Below, in pieces: positions 13,357 to 26,287 of a DNA stretch of 64,000 nucleotides. Within the stretch, counting starts at the first letter, position 1. Each line of letters opens with the position of its first letter. The translations under genes were made by a program, and so were the position numbers. The stretch spans positions 73,222,001 to 73,286,000 of the forward strand of contig NC_042998.1 of NCBI RefSeq assembly GCF_006345805.1, given 5' to 3'. Under the pieces are notes generated by a model that saw only the letters and a list, made by a program, of their open reading frames with translations, searched no databases and had not been told where the DNA came from. The DNA comes from Octopus sinensis. Its lineage: Eukaryota.

Positions 13357-13690
13357 TTTGTTTCAGACATTTGACTGCGGCCATGCAGAAGTGTAGCTTT
13401 GAATAATTTTTGTCCAACAAATCGACCCCAAGACTGTTTTTTAAAGCTTAATTTACAGTGACGTAAACACACTGATACCGATTTTTAAGAGGTGTTGGAA
13501 GGAAAAACACTGACACAAACACACACATACATAGATAGATAGATTTATGTCACGGGCTTTCGGTTTCCGTCTAACAAATCTACTCAAACGGCTTTAGTCA
13601 GCTGAGTAAAAGACATCTGTCCTAAGTGCCACGTAGTGGAACTGAGTCTGGAATTCCATGATTGGGAGGCAAGCTTCTTACCACCTACCC
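13357..13690 (-). mobile_element. tRNA-derived SINE family A, diverged
   Basis: tttcagacatttgactgcggccatg..aaatcgacccc..gtgccacgtagtggaactgag match family A. Confidence 0.8.
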
Positions 13691-14494
13691 ACCCACGCAT
13701 GTGCCTAATAAGGTTACTCCTTTCTGCTATGCTTCAAATGAATTTCAAACAAGCAAGCAATGAAACACTAATTTATGGACTTACATATTTGCATATATTA
13801 TCGGATAGCGGTTAACTTCCATGAATTTATTTGCCTTTCAAATAGGTCCTGTTTTTTATAAACCAGGAAGAGCGAAATCATCTGTTTTACAAATTAAACT
13901 CGTTCAAGTAGTACCTTATTGACTGACAAACTGAAAATATGACGCATTGAATAATGCTTATATATGTGTATGTATATATGCATATATGTATGCATGTATG
14001 TATGTATACATGCATGAATATATGTATGTATATATGTATGTATGCATGTATATGGTTTTAACTTGAGAACCCAGACATTCGTACATAATAACAAATATTG
14101 TTTTTCGTTTTCTCGCCACGTTGGATAAATCTCCTAATATGTTTTGATTGTATTAGACTTCATCCAGGAAACATGGATTCAATAAGATTATCGAACTGGA
14201 AGCAGAAAAAGATACATAAATGTCGAAGGATGTACATTGTATGGTGTAGGAATAGAGAATTGTCTTGAAATCAGCATCTGGTGCAGTGCTGACACATTTA
14301 ATGAAACTTCCCGGTCGTTCGCTCTCTTTTCCGCATCAACTATAGCACAATCGTTTCTGCCTGTGTCAAATTTGAGGTGACTGAAAGGGGTTTATATCTG
14401 CATATGACTATAAAAGCACTTAAACCAATTAGAAGAAGCATGACGCATTAAACCAAGACATATTCGTCCGCAAGAGACAGCTGGGAATACTTAC

Positions 14495-14584
14495 AAATTC
14501 AGTACCAAATTATTCAAGCTGAGAACTTCACCAATATTGGAAGCAATGACATTAAAACCGATACTCAAATTTGGAAGGAGATCT
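14495..14584 (-). CDS. Candidate 90-nt exon with LRR-like motif (DLLPNLSIGFNVIASNIGEVLSLNNLVLN)
   Basis: Acceptor cttctgtatttatttgtaag, donor TT|GTAAGT, phase 2 to 2; LPNLSIGFNVI fits LxxLxLxxNxI. Confidence 0.25.
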
Positions 14585-14899
14585 CTTACAAATAAATACA
14601 GAAGTGTAAACTATTACGGTTTTCTTCTTTCAACAGTTCCGGGGAGAATTACGTAAAGAAGGTTAAACTGCGCAAATTGGTTTTGTTTTGGTTTGTGTGT
14701 TTGTATTTTTCTAGTAAAATACGACCGATTCAAGAATACCCACTTTGGTATCCACCCTGCAAAAATAAACTGTCAATTTCTACGTCTTGGAAACTGTAAC
14801 CAAATCCTGACATGTTTATTATTCTAGATAAGTGTTGAGTACATATACCTAATTTTTGTCTCAAAATTAGATAACACTAACGATGTCATTCTAAATATC

Positions 14900-15800
14900 A
14901 TTGGGAAAGTTCTACGTAACATACAATAACAGGTGATATCATCAATTTGATTGCCATCAAATTTTCCACAAACGTTGGCATTTTGAATGTGTCAGCAATC
15001 GGCTCGTTTACTGTAGGGCCAGAGACCGGTTTCGTGTGTACAGAGAGTTTGGAAGTGTTCGCTGATGATAGATATAACATCTAAGGCTTAGTATATAGAA
15101 ATAGCTAGAAGGCTGTCTGAACGATGACTACCAGACTTAACCATCTTATTTGTCCTTTTTCTCTCAAACATATGTCGCATCCTTACACTGTTTATCTATC
15201 TTTCATCACACTGTAGGGTATGATTCGAGAGTGGTTGACTTTGCGCTTATCAATTTGAGTGATCATTTAGTTCTGTTGTCTTGCAAGTCTTCCTCAATTG
15301 CTACAAAAGCTGTCTCAACAAACGTGGCGAACACATTGCGGAGTTCTAGTGAAGTAGCCTGGTTAAATGACTATATTCCGGCGATATTGGAGAGGCATAT
15401 AATTTAACTATATATTAAACATATATAATGTTGCGTATATTGGAGTGACAATGGAGGCCATAGTTATGTGAACTGATGTGGTGACTGCGTTGCATGGATG
15501 TCCATTGTTTTAGTGTAGTAGAGAGACATTGTGATTATGTGCACATTTTAATGATATTGGGAGGGATGGCTACTGATATAGAACGGCTACTAAGTTGTGG
15601 TGATACGAGTCATTTATGAAGTGAACTAACTTAGTGATTGTACGTATTCTGAGGAGATACCTGAGATGTAGTGATGTAGAGGGAAGTGGAGCGTTGAATG
15701 TATGATGACACTGAAGGTTTACGAGAATGGCGAGTCGACTATGTGTATATTGTGGTTATGCTTGTGGTCTAGTTATGTAGATTTAGAAGGAGGTTTTCTC
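14900..15800 (-). mobile_element. Very degenerate Penelope-like RT/GIY-YIG remnants
   Basis: Multi-frame traces such as SLELRNVFAT, DG..SSFRQPSSYFYI, QIDDITC and HTFNAPL..ISGIS loosely follow PLE RT and endonuclease order; many stops. Confidence 0.3.
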
Positions 15801-17940
15801 TCGAATATGCAATAGAGTTTTAAACATTAAGAGCACACGTTATGATGATTGTATGTTTAAAATTATGTAACTGAAAGGTCATTTGTTAATTAGAACGTTA
15901 TACTATACGTAAACTATATTACCGTATTAAGGGTAGCAGTAATTATACTATAAATAATTATCACCTGAGTGGCATTCGCGAAAAATGCAAATGAAGTTTA
16001 TTTGATCTAACAAAATTAATGTATAGTTTTCTTTAATCCTGGTCATCCTAATGTGAAATAAGAACTGTCACACGAACACTTTATGTAGATTAATATTTAC
16101 TCAAGGATTTATTTTCACAAGATAGATCTAAACTACGTGTGTAGGAATAAAGTGCATTCATTTGCTTAATCTCAGAAAACTCGGGACTTTGCATTCTTTA
16201 TTCGATCTCCAGTATATCGGAAAGGATTAATATTCATAGCTAAGAATGTGATTTATAGTCACGGGTCATTCGGAAGTATGGAGACTGTAAATATGTGTAT
16301 TTATATTAGATGATGGTTTGACATAAAGAACTCTTAGACATTATCGTAGAAGATTTATTGTTCTTGGAACAACAAAATAATGATAATGTTGACAGTTATA
16401 GAGTTTTAAAAAAAGTACGTCGAGGATAAAGCTTAAAACAGAAAAGTTGTGAGAATAAATCACATAATATTTAGAAATGAGAATGATAGGGAATGAATGG
16501 ACAGAATTTTTCATTAAAGTTAGTAAAGGCATACGTACCAAGAGACCAGAATTCAGACCAATAACATTGAAGAAAGCAAGTTGAGTGTATAAAGTTTCGT
16601 CATTCAGTTTCCTAATAGTTTTCTTGATTTATACAGAATTTTCCATAGTACAACAGCCGATTTTGGAAGTTCAGAATTGTAGTCTATGGTAAAAAGACAA
16701 GATTATGGATTTTTCCTTAAGAATCAGACGTTCTATGAAGTCCCAATCACGAAGAGCAGAAAAGTACCAGTGTATCTTATTATATTTTTTAATAAAAGAC
16801 AATTCCAGTAGAACAAGGCATCTCATATTTATATAGTGAATTTTTTCAAAGATTGCGTATATTTAAACGACTGCTCACAAATTTGCATAACATTGCAAAT
16901 ATAACAATTTGGATTTATTCCTATTTTTTTCCTCCTGATATTTTAAAATATTTATTACACAATAGTCAACTAACAACAATTTTAAGTTGTTGTCTGACAC
17001 AAAAACCATTTCGACTGAAAAAAAAATATTCGTCCTAAACGATAAGCATTTTCCCAAATTTAAAAGTAAACAGCAAAAGGAAGACAATATCTTCTAGAAA
17101 TCAGATGCCAGCTTAATTACTGAACTATACAACTATTAATAAAAAAGAGAAAGTGGGGGGAAATGATGTATCATGTTAGCATTTTGCCTGAAGATATTTC
17201 TCAAGTAGATGACAGCCAGATGTTGGTGGCTTAGGACGTTGATTTAGCCAAGTTTTTTAATGTTTGGGAAGCATTTAGTAGGGAGAGTAATTTCACATAG
17301 TAAGGGGTTAAATGTTTATTTTGATAATTTAAAATCAAGCTGAACATTTGCTTTCACATGACTTGATTAATAATTTTTTTTTATTAATTTAATCGAGGAG
17401 AAGTAACGTCTTTTAAACTTTATTTTTATGTTCTGAACACATTTAACTTCCTCTCCTAAACAAATCATAAAAAAGAAACTTATTTCCATTTAGATTTTAA
17501 TGCATTTTTGCTTACTGTAAAACTGTGATAGACGTATTACAATAATATTTTGAAAGTGTTTGTTTTTTTTAAGATAGTTTGTTTACGAGAAATAAACCAA
17601 AACATGGAACCAGTTAGTGGTATTACTGACAAACTATTGCAGCCACTGACAACTCTCTATTGAGTGCTGGTGGAATTGAAATGTTCACGTCTAGTGAACT
17701 GTAGTAGATTATTAAGGGTGTCAGAGCTATGATAATATATCACAATATTTGACCTACAGATAAATTTTAACCTCGAAACTCAAGTTATAGCTCGTTTCAT
17801 CTATACACTTGACTGTGCGTTGCGGTTGCCTCTCTAATACTGCTACATTAAAAGCTACGGAATACGAGTTATTATTCATATAAACACATACGTCTCAGAC
17901 ACGTGGTCTTAGACTGGGTTTCTATAATATAGCGAACAAA

Positions 17941-18155
17941 GGCGGCGAGCTGGCAAAATCGTTAGCGCGCCGAGCAAGATGATTTGAGGCATTTCGTCCG
18001 TGTTTGCGTTGTGAGTCCCAATGTCGCAAGGTACGACTACGCCGTTCACCTTTTCGAGTCGATAAAATTAGTATCGGTTGATCGCTGGAATCGACCTAAT
18101 CGACATAGTCCCTCCTCTGAAATTGCTGACATTGTGCCAACATTTGAAACCAATA
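17941..18155 (+). mobile_element. tRNA-derived SINE family B
   Basis: ggcggcgagctggcaaaatcgttagcgcgccg head (A box) and family core, shared with 43197. Confidence 0.85.
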
Positions 18156-19071
18156 TAAAATAGCGAGCACTTATATAAGTTTTCTTCGTGATTAACTCAT
18201 AGACAAAGCAAGCTAATTTCCACACTTATATGTAGCTATTCAGTGCGAATTTAAATATATTTTCAAAACGTCCTTCAGTGCACAATGATGTCTCTTCAGT
18301 GCACATGGACGTCAACGCGAATAATGAATATTTTCTAATTTGCCTTGTTTTTTAATCTGTTAATAAAAAAGTATGATAATTTCTTCTTACATGCATAAGA
18401 TGATGCATATTTAAATATTTCACATTTGATATCTGATTATATAAGCACGTAATACATACACACAAGGTAATATTTCTCCCATTCTAAGTAAGATATCGAT
18501 TTCTGAGCGTACATATTTTCATATTCGCGAAATTACAGCTCCTGAATTGAAGTCTAGTTAATATTTATAGAAATCATAGATCGAAATAGATAAGATTCAT
18601 AATAATTTATAGACTCCAATAATGCACATATGCTCCCTTTTTACTTTCCTTGTTGCATTTTCTTTATAACTTCTACTCTAAGGAGATGTATTACGAAACC
18701 CCAAATTTCATTCATATTTATTTTTCTATACATTTTCTTACATTTTTAATCTGTAAATCATTAACGTGTTCTCATTGACCATACGATAGCAATTTGACAT
18801 TTTTTTCATGGCGCCAATCACTTTTCGTGCGGTGATATGTGGCAATATACCAATATCAGCTCCAGGTCATAATATTCTTTTATATGTAACCACCAGATAT
18901 ACATAAACAGCACCTTACACATACCCATTAGAAACACGCATACAGATACTTTGTACACACACGCGCGCACATTATATATATATGTGTGTATCTGTTATAA
19001 CTGTATATGCATACACACATATATATTATATGAATATTATACCTATACATACATACCTATATATATATATA

Positions 19072-20901
19072 TCACTTTCACTTTGACCGACCAATCCGTC
19101 AGGCGTCTATTTGACACCGCTGGTCACAGCACGCTGTCCACTCCTCTCTGGATCGCGCCTTTCTCATCCACGTGATCCCAATCGTCCTCTTGAAATAGTC
19201 ACTCCACCGTCGTGGAGGTCTTCCGGGTGGTCTTTTCCGCTCACACGGGTACCACTCGACAACTGCGCGGGTCCACCGATTATCGGTGAGCCAGGCGACG
19301 TGTCCAGCCCATCTAAACTTGCTGCGTGTATACTCTGTGATGACATCTTTCACGCCGGACTTCTCTCTGATGATCTCGCTACTGATGTGCTCTCTCAACG
19401 AGATACCAAGCATTGACCTTTCCATGGCTCTTTGAGCCGTTACCAATCTCTGCTCTTCTCCCTTTGTGGTAGCCCATGTTTCACTACCATATAACATTGC
19501 AGGCAGAACTGCACTGTTAATGAGGTTGGCGCGAGTGGTCCTGTCCAACCTTCCCTTGAGCGCATCCCTTATGCCATTGAACGCCTTCCATCCGGCCCTT
19601 ACTCTCCGTGAGATCTCCTTTTTGATATCCCGGCACATATTTACTTCCTGTCCCAGGTAGACATATTCTCTCACCTCCTCTATTTCATCACTGCCGATCA
19701 CCATTCGACCTGTTGGTACGTTGTCTGACCGCATGAACTTTGTTTTCATGCGGTTCATCTTGAGACCTACTGCAGAACTTTTGATGTCGAGCTCCGTCAG
19801 CATGGTCTGAAGCTGATCCATGTTTTCAGCGATGAGTACGATGTCGTCAGCGAAACGGAGGTGAGTGAGGAGCTCGCCATTGATGTTCACACCACCTTGC
19901 CATTCGCAGCCTCTGATGATCTGTTCGAGACATGCAGTGAAAAGTTTTGGGGAGATTGTATCTCTTTGCTTCACTCCCTTCTCGACCGGCACTCGTATGG
20001 GTGATGACAGTAGAGCTATGTCGGTGGTGCATCCGGAATTTGCCTCTCTGAGCAGCTGCACATATTGCGCTTCGATTCCTTGCCTCTGCAGCGAGTTCAG
20101 CACTGCGTTGGTTTCGACGCTATCGAAGGCCTTCTCATAATCTATAAACGCAACGCAAAGAGGCAGCTTGTACTCATTTGCTCGCTCAAGCAGTTGCGTT
20201 AGAGCAAATATATGGTCCATTGTGCTGTAGTTCTTCCGGAAGCCTGCTTGCTCCCTCGGTTGTTGTTCGTCGAGACGACGTGACAACCTGTTCAGAATTA
20301 TCTTCGTGAACAGCTTGTACACGTGTGACAGCAGGTATATGGGTCGGTAGTTCTTTAGATCTTCTACGTCGCCCTTCTTATACAGCAGGATGGTATTTGA
20401 CTCTTTCCACTGCGAGGGAATTCTTCCTTTGTCTAGATAGTGCGTAAATCGCTCAGCGAGGATTTTCCAGAGCTGCTCTCTGCCTGACTTTAGCACCTCC
20501 GATGTTATATCGTCATTCTCTGGAGCCTTTCCGTTTTTCATCGAGCCGATGGCTCTTTCAACCTCACTGACAAGGATAGGTGGCACGTTTTCTTCCTGTT
20601 GGAGTGGTGGTAACGGCTGGACATTTCTGGTAGACTTAAAGAGCTTGGTGTAGAAGTCTTCACAAACTTTTTCTATCCCACTGGCTGGGCGGGCAGGCCG
20701 GTATTTTGTTGGATGGCCGTTGACTCTTCAGGAGTTCATCCGCCCTTTGTTGGGTCTTATTTTTCCATCCCACAGGGAGTTCAACAGCACCCTCCTAACC
20801 AAACAACCTGGTGAGGTTGTCAGTTTAGTCACCGACGTCCCGACCATGCAACAGGTTGTACTGGATTACATGTTACCAGTAGCACTCTAGAGCGACCTGA
20901 C
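19072..20901 (-). mobile_element. RTE-clade LINE: RT region plus 3' end, fused to a putative 5' UTR, endonuclease domain absent
   Basis: 495-aa ORF, very short 3' UTR ending in aagtgaaagtga, GC-richer than the flanks, both ends abut (TA)n. Confidence 0.9.
19099..20586 (-). CDS. RTE-type reverse transcriptase (partial ORF; homology continues to ~20685)
   Basis: Motifs YRPIYLL, EQAGFR, FIDYEKAFDSV, GVKQRDTISPKLF, LRFADDIVL, YVYLG and C-terminal KRPPGRPPRRW. Confidence 0.95.
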   Translation of the reverse strand: MPPILVSEVERAIGSMKNGKAPENDDITSEVLKSGREQLWKILAERFTHYLDKGRIPSQWKESNTILLYKKGDVEDLKNYRPIYLLSHVYKLFTKIILNRLSRRLDEQQPREQAGFRKNYSTMDHIFALTQLLERANEYKLPLCVAFIDYEKAFDSVETNAVLNSLQRQGIEAQYVQLLREANSGCTTDIALLSSPIRVPVEKGVKQRDTISPKLFTACLEQIIRGCEWQGGVNINGELLTHLRFADDIVLIAENMDQLQTMLTELDIKSSAVGLKMNRMKTKFMRSDNVPTGRMVIGSDEIEEVREYVYLGQEVNMCRDIKKEISRRVRAGWKAFNGIRDALKGRLDRTTRANLINSAVLPAMLYGSETWATTKGEEQRLVTAQRAMERSMLGISLREHISSEIIREKSGVKDVITEYTRSKFRWAGHVAWLTDNRWTRAVVEWYPCERKRPPGRPPRRWSDYFKRTIGITWMRKARSREEWTACCDQRCQIDA

Positions 20902-21470
20902 ATAATATATATATATATATATCATCATCATCGTTTAGCGTCCGATGATGACGATGATGCATACTTACTTACACACGCATATATATACATATATTTATAC
21001 GTAAACATGAATAAATGCATGTATATATGAAAGTATAAATGAATTCATGTATAATTATTAATGGTAGTGACCCCATATTTACGTTGGGAAATTCGTTCCA
21101 CATGAAAAGGAGTCAAACTATCGTTAATACGGCTGTTAACTAAAATATATGTGCTTAGCTAAAATGTATTTGTTTTTTTGGGTCAAACAAGAAAATAACC
21201 CCGAACGTTTATATTCATTAGACTGATGCTCTGTCAGTTAAGATGAAAATGTGGAACAGTTCTGGAAGCATGATTATTTTATTGCTAAATGATAAAGAGG
21301 CACTGATCATACTAAAGTACAGAAAGTGGAAATATCACATTAAACTGTAAATATACAGTGTTCAGCTTACACTATTTGGAGGGTACAGTGAGGCAGATAA
21401 CTCCAAATATTTTTCTGTAGTAGGAATTATAACTTTCAGTAATACTTATTAGCTCAGTAGAATATGTGGT

Positions 21471-21572
21471 AATGTTTGAATACTAATGATTTCACTAGTT
21501 TAGCCGTCTTAGGATCGTGCTATGAGTAAATGTTTGAATACTAACAATTTCACTAATTTAGCCACCATAGGG
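21471..21572. repeat. 58-bp period tandem duplication
   Basis: aatgtttgaatactaa..ttcacta.tttagcc starts at both 21471 and 21529. Confidence 0.8.
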
Positions 21573-21723
21573 TTTCGAGTCTACAATAAAGGTATCGGCA
21601 GACTCTTAGGAAGAGGAGCTACTTAGGAGTTAATTAAGTGCATATGGCTATGCATGTAAACTTAAGCCAAGGACACAAGAAACTGAATATCTAGGGAAAA
21701 TTTAATAAGAAACTACTACTCAC

Positions 21724-21880
21724 CGCTTAGATAACATAAGGTATATTGTCTGTTGAATGGCAAATGGAATTCCTTCTCTCCAAAATTTCTGAAGAATCTT
21801 TTCGATGCTGAGCTATTTACAATACAACCGAAACAAATAATATCAATTGATAAAGATTGCAGTGGAATGCAGCTATATAA
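21724..21880 (-). CDS. Candidate exon (LYSCIPLQSLSIDIICFGCIVNSSASKRFFRNFGEKEFHLPFNRQYTLCYLS)
   Basis: Strong donor CG|GTGAGT and an open frame; acceptor is weak (alternative AG gives a 21872 start). Confidence 0.2.
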
Positions 21881-23536
21881 CTAGCGAGTCGTATTTGATT
21901 TTGTACATACAACAAGCTTTCGTAAATAATTCTATGCAACTTTGGAACATTTTAAGGGTACCTTAGACGTTCTAATCCAGGGATGTGGAAACCTGCTTCA
22001 CATATTCAGTGATACAGCCATATTCTGAAATGCTAATTGTATAAGATCAGGAAGGCATGCAGAAAGCTTCATCTCGATACAGTCGACAATACCACATTGT
22101 TATAAATAATCAGTATGAGCTGAGTTTTAGAATTTGAAAACTCGATTTCATTATATATGGAAAGTAAGTGATAGGAGCAAAGTGAGACCTTTTCGAAATT
22201 TTTCCGTTGATATATTGCATAAAGCAAGGGTTCTTTCTTCGAACACATTGTCCTTCGTCCTATTGTAAAATATAGAGAAACTGGTAAAAGTCAACTATTC
22301 TCGGCAACTATTCAAACCTTGCTAAACCAATGTTTGAAATCAATTGAAATGTAATATCACTTCGAACCCAAATTTCATACATGCATTTGAAAATAACCTT
22401 AGTATGTATTTGAAATATTCAGCATTTCAGTTCCATGATAGGGGTACAAAATAACAACGAAATATTGTATAAAAATCCGAAGAAACAATCCGTAACACTG
22501 AATATGCTCATGATATTTATGTAACCCAATCTAAGGATAAATACTTTCTCTAAATATAGCTAGAGATTGTCAATTGCTTACCAAGAGGCCAATGACTGCT
22601 TACTGAGAAAAATGACTAAATATAGCCAGACGTTGTCAGCAAAATACCGTCTGGCTTCTGAGACATATTACTATAACGCTCAGAAGTGATATTAATCCTC
22701 TGAAAATTACCTATGCTCAATATGATATCCCATTCGTCCATATGTTCTTTATATATAAAATTTTCCTATACGCTAATTATATTGTCATTACAAATATCAT
22801 CCATCGTTCACTTTTATTTACTCTATACACAATATACACACACACGCAGACACGCTCGCACGCATACACGCGCGCACGCACACACGCGCGCACGCACAGG
22901 TATATACATATATTTCTGTGTATGTGTGTGTGCGTGTGTGTTTGTGTATGTGTGTGTGTGTGTGCAAAGACATGTGGTTTAGAGATTAGGGTGTAATATC
23001 CATCTCCGTAAGGTTATGGTTTCAATTCCTGGTGGGGTGGGGTCGTATAATTGATCAAACCTCTTCATTTCAAATTTCTCAGTTCACTCAGCTGCCAAAA
23101 AGCTAGTAGTCCTCCGAAGGACCGATGGACCGACGAGTATGAAGGAACGATATACACAACAGATTTCGAGAAACAGGCATTATGAGCCTATAGATATTGA
23201 GGAACACTTGACCCTTTACACATACCCATACACATACACACATACACTTACATGCATACAGATAGACAGATAAATATATATAGGTATAATATATATGTAT
23301 ATATAAAATATATATGTAATATACATCTATATATTTTAGCATATATATATTACATATACTATATATGTGTATATATATATATATATGAGTGTGTGTGTGT
23401 GTGTGTGTATGTATTTATGTACGTATGTATATATTTGTATATTATTAAAGTAGGTAGTGCAGCATTCCCGCGGTTTCCTTTTGATGTACATCTGCTTATT
23501 CCATTATTACAATCCAATATAGAGCTTCTGCTGGTA

Positions 23537-25026
23537 CACTGAACTGCAAAAGAAACGCGAGACTTGTGTGACTGTGAAATATGTTTTAATTTCATTATGT
23601 CAGAGATAAATTTTCATAAATCTGATAAAGTCAATTTCTTGGATGCACTTTGACCACAGTCTATGGGGCGTTGTCATGTGTTCTTGTAGTGGGCAGATCC
23701 AGAACATGGAGATTGTAGAGCGTGACATGTTCAATACCGTGTATGCCCTCCCTGGGTGATCAAAACGGTCGTATACTGTCGGTACATGGAGTGCATGAGA
23801 CAGTTCAGAAAGGCCATTGGCACCTGTGCCCACATCCCGAGGAAAGCCCCCTCCAGTTCCACACGAGTTGTCGATCTTGGGACCACTTGGTTCAGTCGTA
23901 TCTGGCTTTCATCCAATAGGTGTTCAATTGGGTTCAAATTCGGGCCGAGAGCAGACGACGGCATGGTTCTGATGTTGTGCTCACGCAAGAGGTTCATGGA
24001 ATCCCTGGCCGTATTGGAGGGAGTATTGTCCTGCTGGAACAAGTGGCTATTGTGAAACGCGAAGGGCATGATGTGAAGTCTTAGGATCTGATCAATGTAG
24101 CACTGCCCTGTAATGCTATTCCTTCTACTTGCCCCAAACTTTTGGAGCAATGGTGCCCAGTTCTCTGATTCAGGCCTATAGCACCCCAAACCATGATTCT
24201 TTGGCCACCCTACGCGTCTTTCTCCATGTCACATGCGCCTCTGTAACGTTCAACCCTCATACGCCACACCCTCACTCTGCCATCCGAGGTGGAACCGCAG
24301 TACCGGCTTTCGTCAGAGAAGACTAAGGACCTCCATTGTTGATGCTGCTAATGTCGGTGCTGTGTAGTCCACAGTAGTCTTGCCTGATGGTGGTGGACGG
24401 TGAAGACAGGCTCTCGAGCAGGATAATGGCAACGCAGGTTGTGGCGACCTGTCGACGTCATACCGTGTCATCCAGTGCCAATGGCCTCGCGAGCTGTCAT
24501 ACTGGCCGGTCTGAAGCGATCACGGAGGTGTTGTAAGTAGATGAAACGGTTCTGCCTGAGCGTGTACACCGGCGGTGCCCTCTGCGGACACGGTCGGCAA
24601 TGCTGTTGGTGTTGCTCTATCGCTGTTGCAAGCGATAGATGGTGCTGGTGTGGGCAACAACCAGGGTACGCTGCCCTGCTTGCATTCGGCCGATAGCTTT
24701 TTCTCTCTGCGCTACTGACAATCGGGTCATACCTGATGCGTCCAAATTACGAATGCCAGGAACGTGGTTCAAGTCGAATTTTATACCCATAACCTCTACG
24801 AGATGCACGTTTCAGTTTTCATGACCATTGTTTGCAACTGCCACCCGCGGTATTCAACGCAGCTGCATTTTTTGGCGTTTCGTTTCATGGAAAGTAGAAA
24901 GGTTTGCTGCAATTCATAAACCAGCATATTTTGGAATATTTACACTTACATCTCCAAAATAAATTTTCAGAATTTACCATATGAAAATGTCATTTGAAAA
25001 AATTGCGTTTCTTTTGCGGTTCAGGG
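23537..25026 (-). mobile_element. Full-length Tc1 (DD34E) DNA transposon, inactive
   Basis: 24-bp TIRs cactgaactgcaaaagaaacgcga and ccctgaaccgcaaaagaaacgcaa (reverse complement of the right end); TA TSD at 23535-36 and 25027-28. Confidence 0.95.
23731..24730 (-). pseudogene. Tc1 transposase pseudogene
   Basis: MTRLSVAQREKAIGRMQAG, LVFSDESR, IMVWGAI, FQQDN-34aa-E (LNPIEHL), GGHTRY*; broken by stops and frameshifts. Confidence 0.92.
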
Positions 25027-25896
25027 TATTATGGCTGTGAAAAATACATATCAACATATCAAAGTTAAAACTTCTTGAAATTATTAATTCCAGGGTAACA
25101 CGGTATATGACACATTCATAGTACATCTAAAGCAACATAACAGGAAGGTTTTATTTGTTTGTAATTGTCATTATTTAATCACCATTACATATGTTTCATT
25201 CGTTAATATGAATTACAGAGATTTATATGTTAGATAGACATGTATGTAATTTCCCATTAGGATTTTTTTCAGACAGAGGCAATTAAATAATATGAATTTT
25301 ACATTTCGATCAAACGTCTATATTTAGATGCTTATCAGGATCAATGTAGATATTTGGAATGAAAGTAGGAAGAACAAATTCGATGCTACACACACACACA
25401 CACACACACACATACACACACATACATACACATATAAGTATATGTATATATATATATATATATATGCATATATACATACATATTTGTACATACCTACATA
25501 TATATGTATATATACATGCATATATGGGTACATGACATAAAAAAAAATCCTTGAACACAAGGAGAAACGAAAATATAAAAACAAAAGCAGAAAACGAAGT
25601 TTTTTCCGAAAAACGAAGAAACAGAGAAACGAGACGTGCAACATAAAGAATATTCTTCTTCATCAGTTGTCCCTGTTTCATCCACACCGCGTTGCGAAGG
25701 TAATGACAATACGCGACTTCGTTGAAACAATTCTTCCTGCAAAGCAAATTAAATAAAATTTGTGACTTTTGCGGAGGGTGAGAGGAGTAACAAGAACAGG
25801 ACACTAAGAGCAAGATAGTAAAAATAAACAGTGAAGGCTGTTGAGCCAAGACGATAAAAAAATTATTATTCCGCTAGCTCCTTGAAAATATACTCT

Positions 25897-26287
25897 TTAC
25901 TCTTTTACTCTTTTACCTGTTTCAGTCATTTGACTGCGGCCATGCTGGAGTATCGCCTTTAGTCGAGCAAATCGACCCCAATACTTATTCATTGTAACCT
26001 AGTACTTATTCTATCGATCCCTTTTGCCGAACCGCTAAGTTACAGGGACCTAACCACACCAGCATCGGTTGTCAAGCGATGTTGGGAGGACAAACACAGA
26101 CACACAAAAACACACATATATACGACGGGCTTCTTTCAGTTTCCGTCTACCAAATCAACTCACAAAAGATTTGGTCGGCCCGAGGCTATAGTAGAAGACA
26201 CCTGCTCAAAGTGCCACGCAGTGGGACTGAACCCAGAACCATGTGGTTCGAAAGCAAGCTACTTACCACACAGCCACTCCTGCGCCT
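25897..26287 (-). mobile_element. tRNA-derived SINE family A (full length)
   Basis: Minus head AGGCGCAGGAGTGGCTGTGTGG..GGTTCAGTCCC and a (taaaag)n-like tail. Confidence 0.92.

Noticed and set aside
17301-17311. piggyBac-like end (aggggTTAA)
   Set aside because: No matching left terminus found.
20780-20901. HDV-like ribozyme at the RTE 5' end
   Set aside because: Hairpins (tactgg/ccagta, caacctg/caggttg) and a CTAA motif are present, but I could not assemble the nested double pseudoknot. An RNArobo or Infernal search is needed.
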